Below are positions 9,644 through 19,875 of a stretch of 64,000 bases of DNA, piece by piece. Source of the stretch: Mycoplasmatota bacterium (lineage in GTDB: Bacteria; Bacillota_I; Bacilli_A; MAG-NZ). The DNA is taken from positions 2,016,615 to 2,080,614 of the forward strand of contig CP074575.1 of the NCBI GenBank assembly GCA_018394315.1. Reading direction: 5' to 3'. The notes below the pieces were generated by a model that saw nothing but the letters and a program-made list of their open reading frames with translations, searched no databases and was not told where the DNA came from. The translations under genes were made by a program, and so were the position numbers. How positions within the stretch are numbered: position 1 is the stretch's first letter; every line of letters begins with the position of its first letter.

Positions 9644-10825
9644 TTAAATCAATTCAAATGTATCTCTAGCAAGCATAATTTCTTCATCAGTTGGTATTAG
9701 ATAAACAGCTACGCTTGAATCATCACTTGAAATTAAAGTTGTTTTTTTCCTTACGTTATTTCTTTCTAAATCTATTTTAACACCTAATGCAGATAATCTA
9801 TCACAAATAGATTTTCTCATTCTAGCAGAGTTCTCACCTAAACCAGCAGTAAATGCTATTACATCACAACCACCCATATAAACATAATAAGCCGCAACAA
9901 TGTCAGTTATTTTCTTATCTTGAATGTCCATTGCTAATTGAGCTCTTCTATTTCCCTTAGCTACGGCTGCTTCTAAATCTCTATTATCCGAACTGATACC
10001 AGATACTCCTAAGAAACCAGATTTCTTATTTAACATTCTTGTTACTTCTTGAACTGTTTTATTTTCTTTTTCAGAAATAAATTCTATGATTGCTGGATCA
10101 ATATTACCACTTCTTGTTCCCATTGGTATTCCAGCTAAAGGAGTTAATCCCATTGTTGTATTAATCGATTTACCACCTTTAACCGCACATATACTAGCAC
10201 CATTTCCCAAGTGACAAACGATAACATTTACATCTTCAGGACGTTTCCCTTCTAGCTCAGCGGCCTTTAATGATACATATTTATGACTAGTTCCATGGAA
10301 ACCATATTTTCTAACACCATAATCTTCATACCATTCATAAGGTACTGCATAAATATAAGTTTCAGGTTCCATAGTTTGATGGAAAGCAGTATCAAATACA
10401 GCTACTTGCCCCGCATGTGGTAAAACTTCTATAAACGCATGTATACCAATTAAATTAGCTGGATTATGTAATGGAGCTAAATCAGATACCTCTTCTATCG
10501 CTTTAATTACTTCTTCATCGATTTTTATACTTTCGGCAAATTTCTCTCCACCGTGTACCACTCTATGACCTACTCCGCCAATTTCTTCTAAACTTGATAC
10601 GATTCCTTCAGAAACTAAACTATCAAGTAAATAAGAAACAGCTACAGAGTGATTCTCAAATTTAGCTTCTCTTTCAATCTCTTTATCATTATACTCTAAC
10701 TCAAAATTACCCATCTCTTGACCAATTCTTTCAAACATACCTTTACAGATAACTTCTTCACTCGGCATATTATAAAGCTTAAACTTTAATGAAGAACTCC
10801 CAGCATTACAACTCATAACTTTCAT
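9644..10825 (-). CDS. ackA: Acetate kinase
   Basis: NAGSSSLK, GHRVVHGG, APLHNP, FDTAFH, YGFHGTSH, HLGNGAS, PTDEE. Confidence 0.98.
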   Translation of the reverse strand: MKVMSCNAGSSSLKFKLYNMPSEEVICKGMFERIGQEMGNFELEYNDKEIEREAKFENHSVAVSYLLDSLVSEGIVSSLEEIGGVGHRVVHGGEKFAESIKIDEEVIKAIEEVSDLAPLHNPANLIGIHAFIEVLPHAGQVAVFDTAFHQTMEPETYIYAVPYEWYEDYGVRKYGFHGTSHKYVSLKAAELEGKRPEDVNVIVCHLGNGASICAVKGGKSINTTMGLTPLAGIPMGTRSGNIDPAIIEFISEKENKTVQEVTRMLNKKSGFLGVSGISSDNRDLEAAVAKGNRRAQLAMDIQDKKITDIVAAYYVYMGGCDVIAFTAGLGENSARMRKSICDRLSALGVKIDLERNNVRKKTTLISSDDSSVAVYLIPTDEEIMLARDTFELI

Positions 10826-11758
10826 TTAACTAATCTCCTTCTTAAACCAATAGTCTATTTTTTTTATCGAGTTCCTAAACTTTTCTTGATCATTTATATT
10901 CGGTAAATCAACAAGTAAAAATTCATTAACATTATCTATATCCTCATCTTTTTTTCTTAAAATCAAGATGCTTTTTCCTAATTTACTTTCAACAAATAAG
11001 TTATCAGGTAATTTTATTATGCCTTGTAAATAAGCTTTATCTTTAATTAAATCTTTATATTTTCCTTCAATTTCGAAGAAATCATTCGGAATAACAAATA
11101 TCAAATATCCACCCTTAACTACTTTATTAATCATCTTATCAACAATTACATGAGGAAAATATTCGTCATCATAAATATATAAAGGTAAATCACCTATAAT
11201 TAAATCAAACCCTGTAATGTTTGATTTTACTGCATCTTCTAAAATAAAATCGACCGAATAGTCTTGTAAATCGGCAAAAATTCTTGCTACTTGGATATTA
11301 TCTAAATTAGAATCTATCCCAACCAAATCGAATTCTTTTGAATCAAGATTATTACAGACTGATGTAAGCAAATTTGCTGTACCTACAACTGGATCTAAAA
11401 TTGCAAGTTTCTTTTTATCTTTATATAAATGATTCACTAAGTACCCAACTAACAAATTTATCGTGTCAGGCGTAATTTCACTATTACTTATTTTATCAGT
11501 TTTATATCCCTTTAATACTGCAACTAATAAAGTTCTTCTAATATCTTCTTTAGTAAATTCAAACTCTTGTATTTTTTTATTTAAACTAAGTAAGACTTTC
11601 TCAGTATCCTTAGACACTTCTTGCAAACAAGAATCTTCTAAGATATTTCTACTTGTCATAAAAAGAGCGTTCAAATAACTCACTTTTAACTCTTTCATTA
11701 AATACTGATTTGACTCATCAATAATCTCAAATAACTCAACTACAATCTCATTTTCCAT
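10826..11758 (-). CDS. Class I SAM-dependent methyltransferase, YtxK-like
   Basis: TPD, ILDPVVGTANLL, GDLP; lies upstream of ackA as in Bacilli. Start moved to ATG 11758 (RBS GGGGAT). Confidence 0.8.
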   Translation of the reverse strand: MENEIVVELFEIIDESNQYLMKELKVSYLNALFMTSRNILEDSCLQEVSKDTEKVLLSLNKKIQEFEFTKEDIRRTLLVAVLKGYKTDKISNSEITPDTINLLVGYLVNHLYKDKKKLAILDPVVGTANLLTSVCNNLDSKEFDLVGIDSNLDNIQVARIFADLQDYSVDFILEDAVKSNITGFDLIIGDLPLYIYDDEYFPHVIVDKMINKVVKGGYLIFVIPNDFFEIEGKYKDLIKDKAYLQGIIKLPDNLFVESKLGKSILILRKKDEDIDNVNEFLLVDLPNINDQEKFRNSIKKIDYWFKKEIS

Positions 11759-11875
11759 AAAAACATCCCCTCTAGGATTAATACTATTTATTATACAATA
11801 TTTGACATAAAAAAACAAAACAAACAGTAGTTTTATATTAAAAAAGAGTAGATGCTAAAGATCAAACATATACTC

Positions 11876-12250
11876 TTACTTAGATGAATTTCTTTTTTGC
11901 ATCATTTCTTCAAACTGATTAACTAATTTAGGAACAAAATCAATTAGTTTTTCATATAGGTGAGTATCCTTTTCTAAATGTAGAACCTCAAAGCTGTTAT
12001 TCTTTAATACTAAAAAAGCAATGGGATTAATTGAAACACTACCACCACTTCCCCCACCGAAAGGAAGCTTATCTGAGTCTTTGCCCCTTTGCTCAGTTCC
12101 ACCAGCAGCGAATCCAAACTTAAGCTTTGAAATAGGAATGATTAATTGATTATCTATCGTAACAGGATCACCTATAATAGTGTTTACATCAATCATATCC
12201 TTGATATTTTCCATAGAAATTCTTAATAAATTATTAATTGGATGTTCCAT
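11876..12250 (-). CDS. ytfJ: GerW/YtfJ family sporulation/germination protein
   Basis: MEHPI, DVNTIIGDP, IIPISK..FGFAAGG, PFGGGSGG. Confidence 0.9.
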   Translation of the reverse strand: MEHPINNLLRISMENIKDMIDVNTIIGDPVTIDNQLIIPISKLKFGFAAGGTEQRGKDSDKLPFGGGSGGSVSINPIAFLVLKNNSFEVLHLEKDTHLYEKLIDFVPKLVNQFEEMMQKRNSSK

Positions 12251-12261
12251 AATTCACTCCT

Positions 12262-12795
12262 TTAGATAAATCTTTTTATTATTGTAGGTATTTCTCTTAT
12301 ATTTTTTAATATACTCATTATAATATTTACTAATTTAATCTCACCTATACAATATATATTTACTCTCGCAACATTTTCTCTAAAGTTTTCTAATACAATG
12401 TACTCTTCTTTATGTACTTCTTTGACATTTTCCCTTAAATATCTTTGGACAAAACTTAAAGTTGTCCAATTAAACACATCTACAAATTGCTTATAAAAAC
12501 TATCTTGAACTTTTAGTTTATCAACTATCTGAATCTCTTTTATAACAACATAAGACAGTATATCTTTAATAAAACTTCTTGATTCGAAAACCTTCTTTAT
12601 ATTCTCAAATGTTTCATAAAAACTAAAACCACCTTCACGGTGCTTAGATTGGGTAAATCTCTTAATTAATTCATCAACATCTAGTCTAATATTGAATATT
12701 TTAGTGAAAAATAAATCAATATTCGCCTCATCATCATCAACTACAACTTTAAATTTAAATGTAAACGTCAAGAAAACAGCAACTATAAACGCCAT
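12262..12795 (-). CDS. Hypothetical protein, probable YtfI-like with N-terminal hydrophobic anchor
   Basis: Directly upstream of ytfJ; hydrophobic N-terminus; start uncertain. Confidence 0.5.
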   Translation of the reverse strand: MAFIVAVFLTFTFKFKVVVDDDEANIDLFFTKIFNIRLDVDELIKRFTQSKHREGGFSFYETFENIKKVFESRSFIKDILSYVVIKEIQIVDKLKVQDSFYKQFVDVFNWTTLSFVQRYLRENVKEVHKEEYIVLENFRENVARVNIYCIGEIKLVNIIMSILKNIREIPTIIKRFI

Positions 12796-12812
12796 AATTA
12801 AATGTTCAATAA

Positions 12813-14570
12813 TTACACCAACTCTATATTATATTTTTTATACCAGTAATCCATTTGATATAAGTATGCTAACAACTGCGGACCAGTCATTAATTGACCA
12901 AACCATGGTTTTTCAAATGACTCACCACCCGTATTAACTAATTCTATTAATCTATCTTTTTTAAATAAAATATTTAAAATACTGTTTTTATCTTTAATTA
13001 CTTCACTTAACTTATCTTTAATTAACCTAGTATAGACTTCACTATGAGTTTTTGGATATGGATTCTTCTTTCTATTAAGAATTTCTTTAGGGAGTAAATC
13101 TTTCATAGCTTCTCTTAAAAGTCCCTTTTCCTGCTTATAAAACTTATAATCTTTAGGAACATTAAATAAGAATTCAACAAGCCTATGATCAGCAAATGGT
13201 ACTCTTACCTCTAGTGAAGCACCCATACTCATTCTATCCTTACGGTCAAGAAGTGTTGTCATAAACCACTTTATATTCAAGTACATCATTTGCTGATGAC
13301 TATCCATATTCTCTATCTCAGCTAATGTTTCATCATACTTATCTTTAACATATTCTCTAATTTTTAAACTTTCTCTCCACTCATCTTTTAGTAAATCTAC
13401 TCTTGCATCTAAGTCTCTTAACCACGGGAAGATAGTACTGTCTGTATCTCGGTAGAACCAAGGGTAACCTCCAAAAATTTCATCAGCGCACTCACCAGAT
13501 AACCCAACCGTATGTTCTTTCTTTATTTCTAAACAAAACCAATATAGTGAAGAATCAATATCAGCCATTCCTGGTGAATCCCTTAATTCAACGGATCTTT
13601 TTAAAGTGTCTACTAACTCTTCTTGTGATATCACTTTATCAATATGTCTTGTATTATACATATTTGTAACATACTTAATGTAATCTAAATCCTTACTTAC
13701 TTGAAAATCATTAGTCTTAAAATCGTTATCCTCATAGTCTATAGAATATGTAGTTAATGAATCTAAATTATTAGCTGCAACTGCAGTAATAATACTAGAA
13801 TCAACTCCTCCAGAAAGAAATGTACATAAAGGAACATCTGAAACTAATTGTCTTTTTATCGCATCCTCTAATAAGTTCCTAACTTCTTTAACTGTATCGT
13901 CAAAGCTTAAATTAAAGTTATTAACACTCACATTCCAATATTCATGAATAGTAACACTTCCATCAAAGTACATATAGTGACCCGGTTTTAACTGAAAAAC
14001 ATCTTTATATATAGTTTTACCCAAAGTATGACTTGGTCCTAATCCCAGCAGTTCTTTTAAACCGTCTTCATCAACTTTACTATTATCTAAATAGTAAAGA
14101 ATACTTTTAATTTCTGAGGAAAATATAATATCTTTACCATTTATAGAGTAATAAAGAGGCTTAACGCCTACTCTATCTCTAGCTAAAAATAACTTATCTC
14201 CATCAAATATAGCAAATGAAAATATCCCATTCAATTTCTCTAAGCACTTTTCATTCCATTCATAGTAACTCTTTAATAAAACTTCAGTATCAGAATGACC
14301 TATAAACGAATATCCTAGTTCTATTAAATCTTTTCTAATCTCTTCAGTATTGTAAAGTTCACCATTATATATCATTGTACAGTTCTTATAACTCATTGGT
14401 TGTTTACCATTATCCTTATCAATCACTACTAATCGCCTATGCCCAAAGGCTACTTTATCAAAAAAATATCCTTCTTCATCAGGACCTCTATGAGTTAGCA
14501 ATCTCGTGCTTTCTATAAACCTTTCTTTATTGAATGATTTATTTGTCGTCATACCTACAATACCACACAT
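12813..14570 (-). CDS. asnB: Asparagine synthase (glutamine-hydrolyzing), AsnO-like
   Basis: MCGI, HRGPD, YNGELYN, LSGGVDSS, SGECADEIFGGYPW, EVRVPF, RKKNPYP. Confidence 0.95.
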   Translation of the reverse strand: MCGIVGMTTNKSFNKERFIESTRLLTHRGPDEEGYFFDKVAFGHRRLVVIDKDNGKQPMSYKNCTMIYNGELYNTEEIRKDLIELGYSFIGHSDTEVLLKSYYEWNEKCLEKLNGIFSFAIFDGDKLFLARDRVGVKPLYYSINGKDIIFSSEIKSILYYLDNSKVDEDGLKELLGLGPSHTLGKTIYKDVFQLKPGHYMYFDGSVTIHEYWNVSVNNFNLSFDDTVKEVRNLLEDAIKRQLVSDVPLCTFLSGGVDSSIITAVAANNLDSLTTYSIDYEDNDFKTNDFQVSKDLDYIKYVTNMYNTRHIDKVISQEELVDTLKRSVELRDSPGMADIDSSLYWFCLEIKKEHTVGLSGECADEIFGGYPWFYRDTDSTIFPWLRDLDARVDLLKDEWRESLKIREYVKDKYDETLAEIENMDSHQQMMYLNIKWFMTTLLDRKDRMSMGASLEVRVPFADHRLVEFLFNVPKDYKFYKQEKGLLREAMKDLLPKEILNRKKNPYPKTHSEVYTRLIKDKLSEVIKDKNSILNILFKKDRLIELVNTGGESFEKPWFGQLMTGPQLLAYLYQMDYWYKKYNIELV

Positions 14571-14645
14571 AATATTCCTCCCATCAAACTTATTATATTT
14601 CTCTAAAAATGAAGCGTGAGTATATTTATTATTTCCTAAAATATG

Positions 14646-15494
14646 TTAGTCACTAGAGAAAAATAAATTTATTTTATCAATCTGTTTAAGCCCTTCTCTA
14701 TATCCAATCTCATAAAGTTTATTAATCTTTTTTAAGTCATTCTCTACTCTGCTTACAAAATGTGTTGATTTCTTCGGATAAATTGCAAATGCAAGTCCTT
14801 CATCTACTTTCGTCTTTAAATACTCTCTTTCTTCCATATACCTAGTATGTCTATTTATTAAAGCATCATATATCTTAGGGTATTTTCTGTAATACATTCT
14901 CAAAAAGTGACTTTTTATTGGCTTACAACTATAATTTTCTACCTTGGTAGAGATCACTAATACTTTATCGCAGTTATCATAAAATGCTCTTTTTAATGGA
15001 ATGGACTCTGAAATACCCCCGTCCAAATAAAAACTCTTCATAATTTTTACAGGACTAGTTATTACTGGTATTGCATGAGATGCCTTATAGATTTTCTCAA
15101 AGTTTTCATTACTGTTTAGCTTATAAAACTCGCTTAATCCAGTTTCACAATTTGTTATATTTGCAATCATTTCAACATCAGATTTATGAAACTTTTCATA
15201 ATCAAACTCATCAAGTTTTAACTGTAAATCATTAAAAATCCAATCCCATCCGAAATAATCTCCTGTTTTAAGATAATTACGTAATGACATATATCTATGA
15301 TCATTGACAAAATTGTTTAAAACTCTATACCCTCTCCCTCTTTGTTTAGTGATATAATTACAACCATTCGTTACTCCGACTGATACACCTAAGACATAAT
15401 CAAACTCGATAGAATTATCCATAAATGCATCTAAAACACCAGTTGTAAATACGCCTCTTATTCCTCCACCCTCTAAAATCAATCCTTTTTTCAT
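14646..15494 (-). CDS. Patatin-like phospholipase family protein
   Basis: LEGGGIRG, GVSVG, LDGG. Confidence 0.9.
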   Translation of the reverse strand: MKKGLILEGGGIRGVFTTGVLDAFMDNSIEFDYVLGVSVGVTNGCNYITKQRGRGYRVLNNFVNDHRYMSLRNYLKTGDYFGWDWIFNDLQLKLDEFDYEKFHKSDVEMIANITNCETGLSEFYKLNSNENFEKIYKASHAIPVITSPVKIMKSFYLDGGISESIPLKRAFYDNCDKVLVISTKVENYSCKPIKSHFLRMYYRKYPKIYDALINRHTRYMEEREYLKTKVDEGLAFAIYPKKSTHFVSRVENDLKKINKLYEIGYREGLKQIDKINLFFSSD

Positions 15495-15619
15495 TCAGTC
15501 TCCCTCAAATCAATACATACTATGATACTGAGACAGAAAATATAAAAATTATAGATAATATTCCAAATACTTGTGTAAATCTTTCGAAATTGATATGATT
15601 ATCATAAGAGAGTGATAAA

Positions 15620-15850
15620 ATGTCGAAAATTAATAAAATAATTATAAAAATAATAGATAAATATAGATTCCATACAAGGTATAAACAAAAAACATGTAGA
15701 TATCATCCAACATGTAGCGAGTACGCTAAAGAAGCATTTGAAAACAAAAACTTCTTTTATGCCCTAGTTTTAAGTATATGGCGAATTCTAAGATGTAATC
15801 CATTTAGTAAAGGTGGATATGACCCTATACCTGGAAAACATAAAGAATAG
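15620..15850 (+). CDS. yidD: Membrane protein insertion efficiency factor
   Basis: [25 protein letters not shown]. Confidence 0.93.
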   Translation: MSKINKIIIKIIDKYRFHTRYKQKTCRYHPTCSEYAKEAFENKNFFYALVLSIWRILRCNPFSKGGYDPIPGKHKE

Positions 15851-15881
15851 GAATAATCTACACTAAGTGAGGTGAAATTAG

Positions 15882-16616
15882 ATGTCTTACGATTACAAGT
15901 ATGCAAAATCTAGACTACTAGAAATACTTGATGACAATTCTAAAATTAAGAATATTGATATGTTATCTCAAGATGAAAGTGAATTCGAGACAAGTGGAGT
16001 AGAAACTTGGGTTAGTGTCATCTATATAGATATCAAAAATCAAGCTGAAATAATTACACAAGACAGCAGGAAAAATATTTCGAAAGTAATCAAGTCTTTC
16101 ACTTCAGAAATAGTAAATATATTAAATTCTAAATTAGTAAAAGAAATTAAAATTAATAAGGGTTATATCTATGCTGTTTACAATTCACCAACAAGAAATA
16201 ACATCTATGAAATAGCCGATAAAACATACTATGTTAATACATGGATAAAAATGGTAAATATACTCTTAAATAATAGAAATCTTCCAACATACAAAATCGG
16301 TATTGGTATGAGTACTAATAAAGAATTTGTCATTAAGACATGTTCTGAGATGACTGAAGTGAACAACAAGTTATGGATGGGAAGAACTATAGATGAAGCA
16401 ATGAACTTAGCTAAAATATCAAATAGCGTAAGCGAAGATAAAATCGCGTTTGGAGAAACTTCATATATGAACTTTATTGAATCTCTAATACTTGAGAGTG
16501 AAGAATCAAAAAGTTGGTTTACTGAACATAAGCATCCAGAGTACAATAAATACTACACTGCCAGTATCTCCATTACTGAATTTGACAACTGGATTAAAAA
16601 TGGAATGAAAGAATAA
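15882..16616 (+). CDS. Class III nucleotidyl-cyclase-fold protein (Pycsar PycC-like), apparently catalytically degenerate
   Basis: VSVIYIDIK (first metal Asp), IKINKGYIYAVY where GD is expected, IGIGMS, WMGRTIDEAMNLA; RBS GAGGTG. Confidence 0.65.
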   Translation: MSYDYKYAKSRLLEILDDNSKIKNIDMLSQDESEFETSGVETWVSVIYIDIKNQAEIITQDSRKNISKVIKSFTSEIVNILNSKLVKEIKINKGYIYAVYNSPTRNNIYEIADKTYYVNTWIKMVNILLNNRNLPTYKIGIGMSTNKEFVIKTCSEMTEVNNKLWMGRTIDEAMNLAKISNSVSEDKIAFGETSYMNFIESLILESEESKSWFTEHKHPEYNKYYTASISITEFDNWIKNGMKE

Positions 16617-16641
16617 AGGAAATCCAATGGATTTCCTTATT
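16614..16641. terminator. Bidirectional terminator between convergent genes
   Basis: AAGGAAATCC-aat-GGATTTCCTT. Confidence 0.8.
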
Positions 16642-17737
16642 TTATTAATTCCTTCATTAATTTATACATTACATCAACACCCACAACTAGCGAGTCTGTA
16701 TCAACATCAAAAGTATCGGAATGTAAATGAGTAATAAGCCCATTATCTTTATTAGACGTTCCTAAAGAGAACATACAACCAGGAGCTTTTTCCAAAAAGA
16801 ATCCAAAATCCTCCCCACCAAGAGATGGATAATCAATAATTACTACTTTATCGTGTACTTTCTTTAAAGTATCTAATACAAAATCATCATTAAATAAAAG
16901 ACCATACATTTCAAGGATTTCCACTTCGATTTTACATTTATATAAGACTTCTAGACCATTAACAATATTCTTTAATTCATCAATAACTTTAGCTTTCACG
17001 TCTTTATCTAATGTTCTTAATGTTCCATTTAAAGTTAAATCTTTACATATAACATTTCTAGCTACTCCACCGTTAATTTTCCCGAACTGCAATACAACAT
17101 TGTCAAAAGGCTTTATCATTTTGCTTAATAAATGATTAACGTTATTAATAAAAGTACTAGCTATAATTATTGCGTCTACTCCATCATGAGGCTTGGCGGC
17201 ATGTGCACTTACACCTGTGATTTTAATATTTATTTCATCCGCAATAGCGTTTCTAACACCATAATTTATACCTATTTCACCTACATTAAATCTTGGATCT
17301 GTATGCAATGAAAGTGCATATTCAATATTTTCTGCTGCCCCTCGCTCTATCATCATTACAGCACCACCAGGACCTTCTTCTGCAGGTTGAAAAACTACTC
17401 TTAATTTACAGTCTAAGGGAGTTTCTAAATATTTCTTAATAACACCTAATGCAACTGTCATGTGTACATCATGTCCACATGCATGCATATTTTTATTAGT
17501 TGATTTATAAGGTACATTGTTTTTCTCAAGTATAGGTAATCCGTCAATATCTGCTCTTACCAAAATTGTTTTATCACCTGTCCCAATATCTACAACTAAT
17601 CCTGTTTCCATCTTCTTATAAGTTACACCTAACTCATCCAAATAACCAATTAAAATCTTCTGAGTTTCAAACTCTTGGTATCCTAATTCAGGATATTTAT
17701 GTAAATGTTCTCTTACATTAACTAACCAATCTTTCAT
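16637..17737 (-). CDS. M20 family amidohydrolase
   Basis: HLHKYPEL, RADIDGLP, MHACGHD, FQPAEE, GEDF. Confidence 0.93.
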   Translation of the reverse strand: MKDWLVNVREHLHKYPELGYQEFETQKILIGYLDELGVTYKKMETGLVVDIGTGDKTILVRADIDGLPILEKNNVPYKSTNKNMHACGHDVHMTVALGVIKKYLETPLDCKLRVVFQPAEEGPGGAVMMIERGAAENIEYALSLHTDPRFNVGEIGINYGVRNAIADEINIKITGVSAHAAKPHDGVDAIIIASTFINNVNHLLSKMIKPFDNVVLQFGKINGGVARNVICKDLTLNGTLRTLDKDVKAKVIDELKNIVNGLEVLYKCKIEVEILEMYGLLFNDDFVLDTLKKVHDKVVIIDYPSLGGEDFGFFLEKAPGCMFSLGTSNKDNGLITHLHSDTFDVDTDSLVVGVDVMYKLMKELIK

Positions 17738-17745
17738 ATATCCTC

Positions 17746-18540
17746 CTACTTTATTACTAAATATGTTAACACACTAAATCCAACTATAAAACAGTATGTC
17801 GCAAAATAATACAACTTGCTGTTTTTCACAACTTTTATCAACCACTTAATTGAGTGATATGTAGTCATTAAAGCTACTAAAAAACAAATAACATAGATAA
17901 AACTAAATCCGACTGACTCATTCAAATTATAGATGCCATATATTCCTGATAATAAGCTAATTGGTATATACATCATAAACGAGAATTTAAGAGCTTCTTC
18001 TATTTTTAATCCTCTTGATAACCCTGTAACGGTGGTAGCACCGGACCTAGATACTCCTGGTATTAAGGCTATTATTTGAGATATACCAATTAATATAGAG
18101 TCAAAAAATGAAACACAATCTTTCCTCTTAACTTCTACTTTTTCAATACTAATTAACATCAAACCAGTTAAGATTAAGAATACAGAAACTGTCATTATAT
18201 TCTTTAGATAAACCTCAATAAAATCTGAAAATAGAAATCCTATTATCCCAGCAGGGATGGTTGCGATAACTACTAACATCAAATACTTAAATTCATCAAA
18301 ACCTTCTTTTCTACTCACTAAGTACTTAGTGCTTTTTGTAACTAAAACGAATATGTCTTTATAATAAAAAATAACAATCGCAAATAGTGATCCAAAATTC
18401 ACTAAAGTCTCAAAATACAGTCCTGGTAAATTTACCGAGAATAACTCCTCAAATAAAACCATATGCCCACTAGAAGATATAGGTAGAGGCTCAGTTATTC
18501 CTTGAATTAGCGATAAAATAATCAATTTAAGATATTCCAT
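17746..18540 (-). CDS. uppP: Undecaprenyl-diphosphate phosphatase (BacA)
   Basis: QGITEPLPISSSGH, PGVSRSGAT; start moved to ATG 18540. Confidence 0.95.
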   Translation of the reverse strand: MEYLKLIILSLIQGITEPLPISSSGHMVLFEELFSVNLPGLYFETLVNFGSLFAIVIFYYKDIFVLVTKSTKYLVSRKEGFDEFKYLMLVVIATIPAGIIGFLFSDFIEVYLKNIMTVSVFLILTGLMLISIEKVEVKRKDCVSFFDSILIGISQIIALIPGVSRSGATTVTGLSRGLKIEEALKFSFMMYIPISLLSGIYGIYNLNESVGFSFIYVICFLVALMTTYHSIKWLIKVVKNSKLYYFATYCFIVGFSVLTYLVIK

Positions 18541-18624
18541 TTTCTCACCCACCTAATTATATTAAATTATATTTAATTATAAACTATAATAGTCAAAATA
18601 AAAAGAATGGAAATTATCCATTCC

Positions 18625-19779
18625 TTACTCCATCCAATACTTCTTTATAAATACTACCATAACTCCTATAAAACCACCTAGAACTACTGATACTGCAGAA
18701 TTAAGTATTTTATTGGGACTAACTGCATTTTCGGCAAAAGAAACATCATTTAATAAAACAATATTCATTCCTTCATCATTCATCACTTCAAAAGATTCAC
18801 TTAGATCATTCTGACTAGAAGAATAGTTATTTTCAGCAAGTGATAAGTTTGAAAGAGCAGTTTGATAATCCAATTTCTTTAAAGTAATACTACTATCAAG
18901 TTCTAACAAACGCTCCGTTAAACTCTCTAATTCACCTTCAAAAACTTCTAACTTATTGATTTCACTTGTCAATGCGACTACTATCTCGGCAGCACTAGTC
19001 TTAATTGTTTCTTCAGTTAATTCTTCTATCTTAATTTCTTTAGTAAAATTACCGCTAGAAAGAATATCAGCAATTTCACTAGTCAAGACACTAGATAAAT
19101 CAAAATTCTTTCTCAATGTAGCTAATGTATGTAACTTAACATCAATACTTGGCTCTAAAGTAATCAATTCATTATTATAAAACTTAATTCTAGAAAGTAC
19201 ATTATCTCTTTCAATTTGAAGAAGGAGATAATTATCACTAGATGATATATTACTTAAATATATGTTTTGTGTCTCTTCTAGATCATTTGATTGCTCTTCT
19301 ATCCTATTCTCAATTAAACTATGAACCTCAGTAGCTTTTGCTTTTATGTTAGTTTCAACATACTCATCAAAGATAATTGCTAACTCAGAAGCTACACTAT
19401 TTGCTTCTTCTTTTGAAGTTGATACTATCTTTATCGTTATTACATTATTTTTCTTAGATACGTTGCTGATAAGTCCCTGAAGACTTTTACCTTCAATACC
19501 TAATTCTTCAAAGACCTTTATTCCAAAATCAGTTGAAGATAAGATATCTTCTGGGCTCAAAGCATTATACGTAGGATAATAATTCTCACTATTTGGAGTA
19601 AAATATACATCGTTAACAGTTACTGTTGTAGTTGCTTCATACTTTTCATCTACATAAAATTGAGTATACAGTAAACCCGCCACTAAAAAGACTAATGTAA
19701 CTCCAACTATAACAAATTTACCTCTCCATATCACTTCAAATAATTCCTTCAAACTGATTTCTTCATATTGATTTTCCAT
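18625..19779 (-). CDS. Wzz/FepE/Etk-type polysaccharide chain-length determinant
   Basis: EEISLKELFEVIW, two terminal TM segments, coiled-coil middle, VSPNK motif; RBS GGGGAGG before ATG 19779. Confidence 0.8.
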   Translation of the reverse strand: MENQYEEISLKELFEVIWRGKFVIVGVTLVFLVAGLLYTQFYVDEKYEATTTVTVNDVYFTPNSENYYPTYNALSPEDILSSTDFGIKVFEELGIEGKSLQGLISNVSKKNNVITIKIVSTSKEEANSVASELAIIFDEYVETNIKAKATEVHSLIENRIEEQSNDLEETQNIYLSNISSSDNYLLLQIERDNVLSRIKFYNNELITLEPSIDVKLHTLATLRKNFDLSSVLTSEIADILSSGNFTKEIKIEELTEETIKTSAAEIVVALTSEINKLEVFEGELESLTERLLELDSSITLKKLDYQTALSNLSLAENNYSSSQNDLSESFEVMNDEGMNIVLLNDVSFAENAVSPNKILNSAVSVVLGGFIGVMVVFIKKYWME

Positions 19780-19875
19780 ACTAATCCTCCCCGCAATCTC
19801 ACTCAATTATACAATATATGCCAAAATATGTCTAACAAAAAAAAGAATCAACATTTAACAGTTGATTCAAAGTAA

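Noticed and set aside
10826..11818. Methyltransferase as part of a restriction-modification system
   Set aside because: YtxK-like gene in its usual ackA-linked position; no nuclease or specificity subunit nearby
14585..14640. Possible sigma-K or sigma-E promoter upstream of asnB
   Set aside because: Match is too degenerate to distinguish from a sigma-A -10 or chance
15882..16616. A complete functional Pycsar/CBASS defence system
   Set aside because: No effector gene, second metal Asp apparently missing, housekeeping context; kept only as an orphan pseudo-cyclase finding
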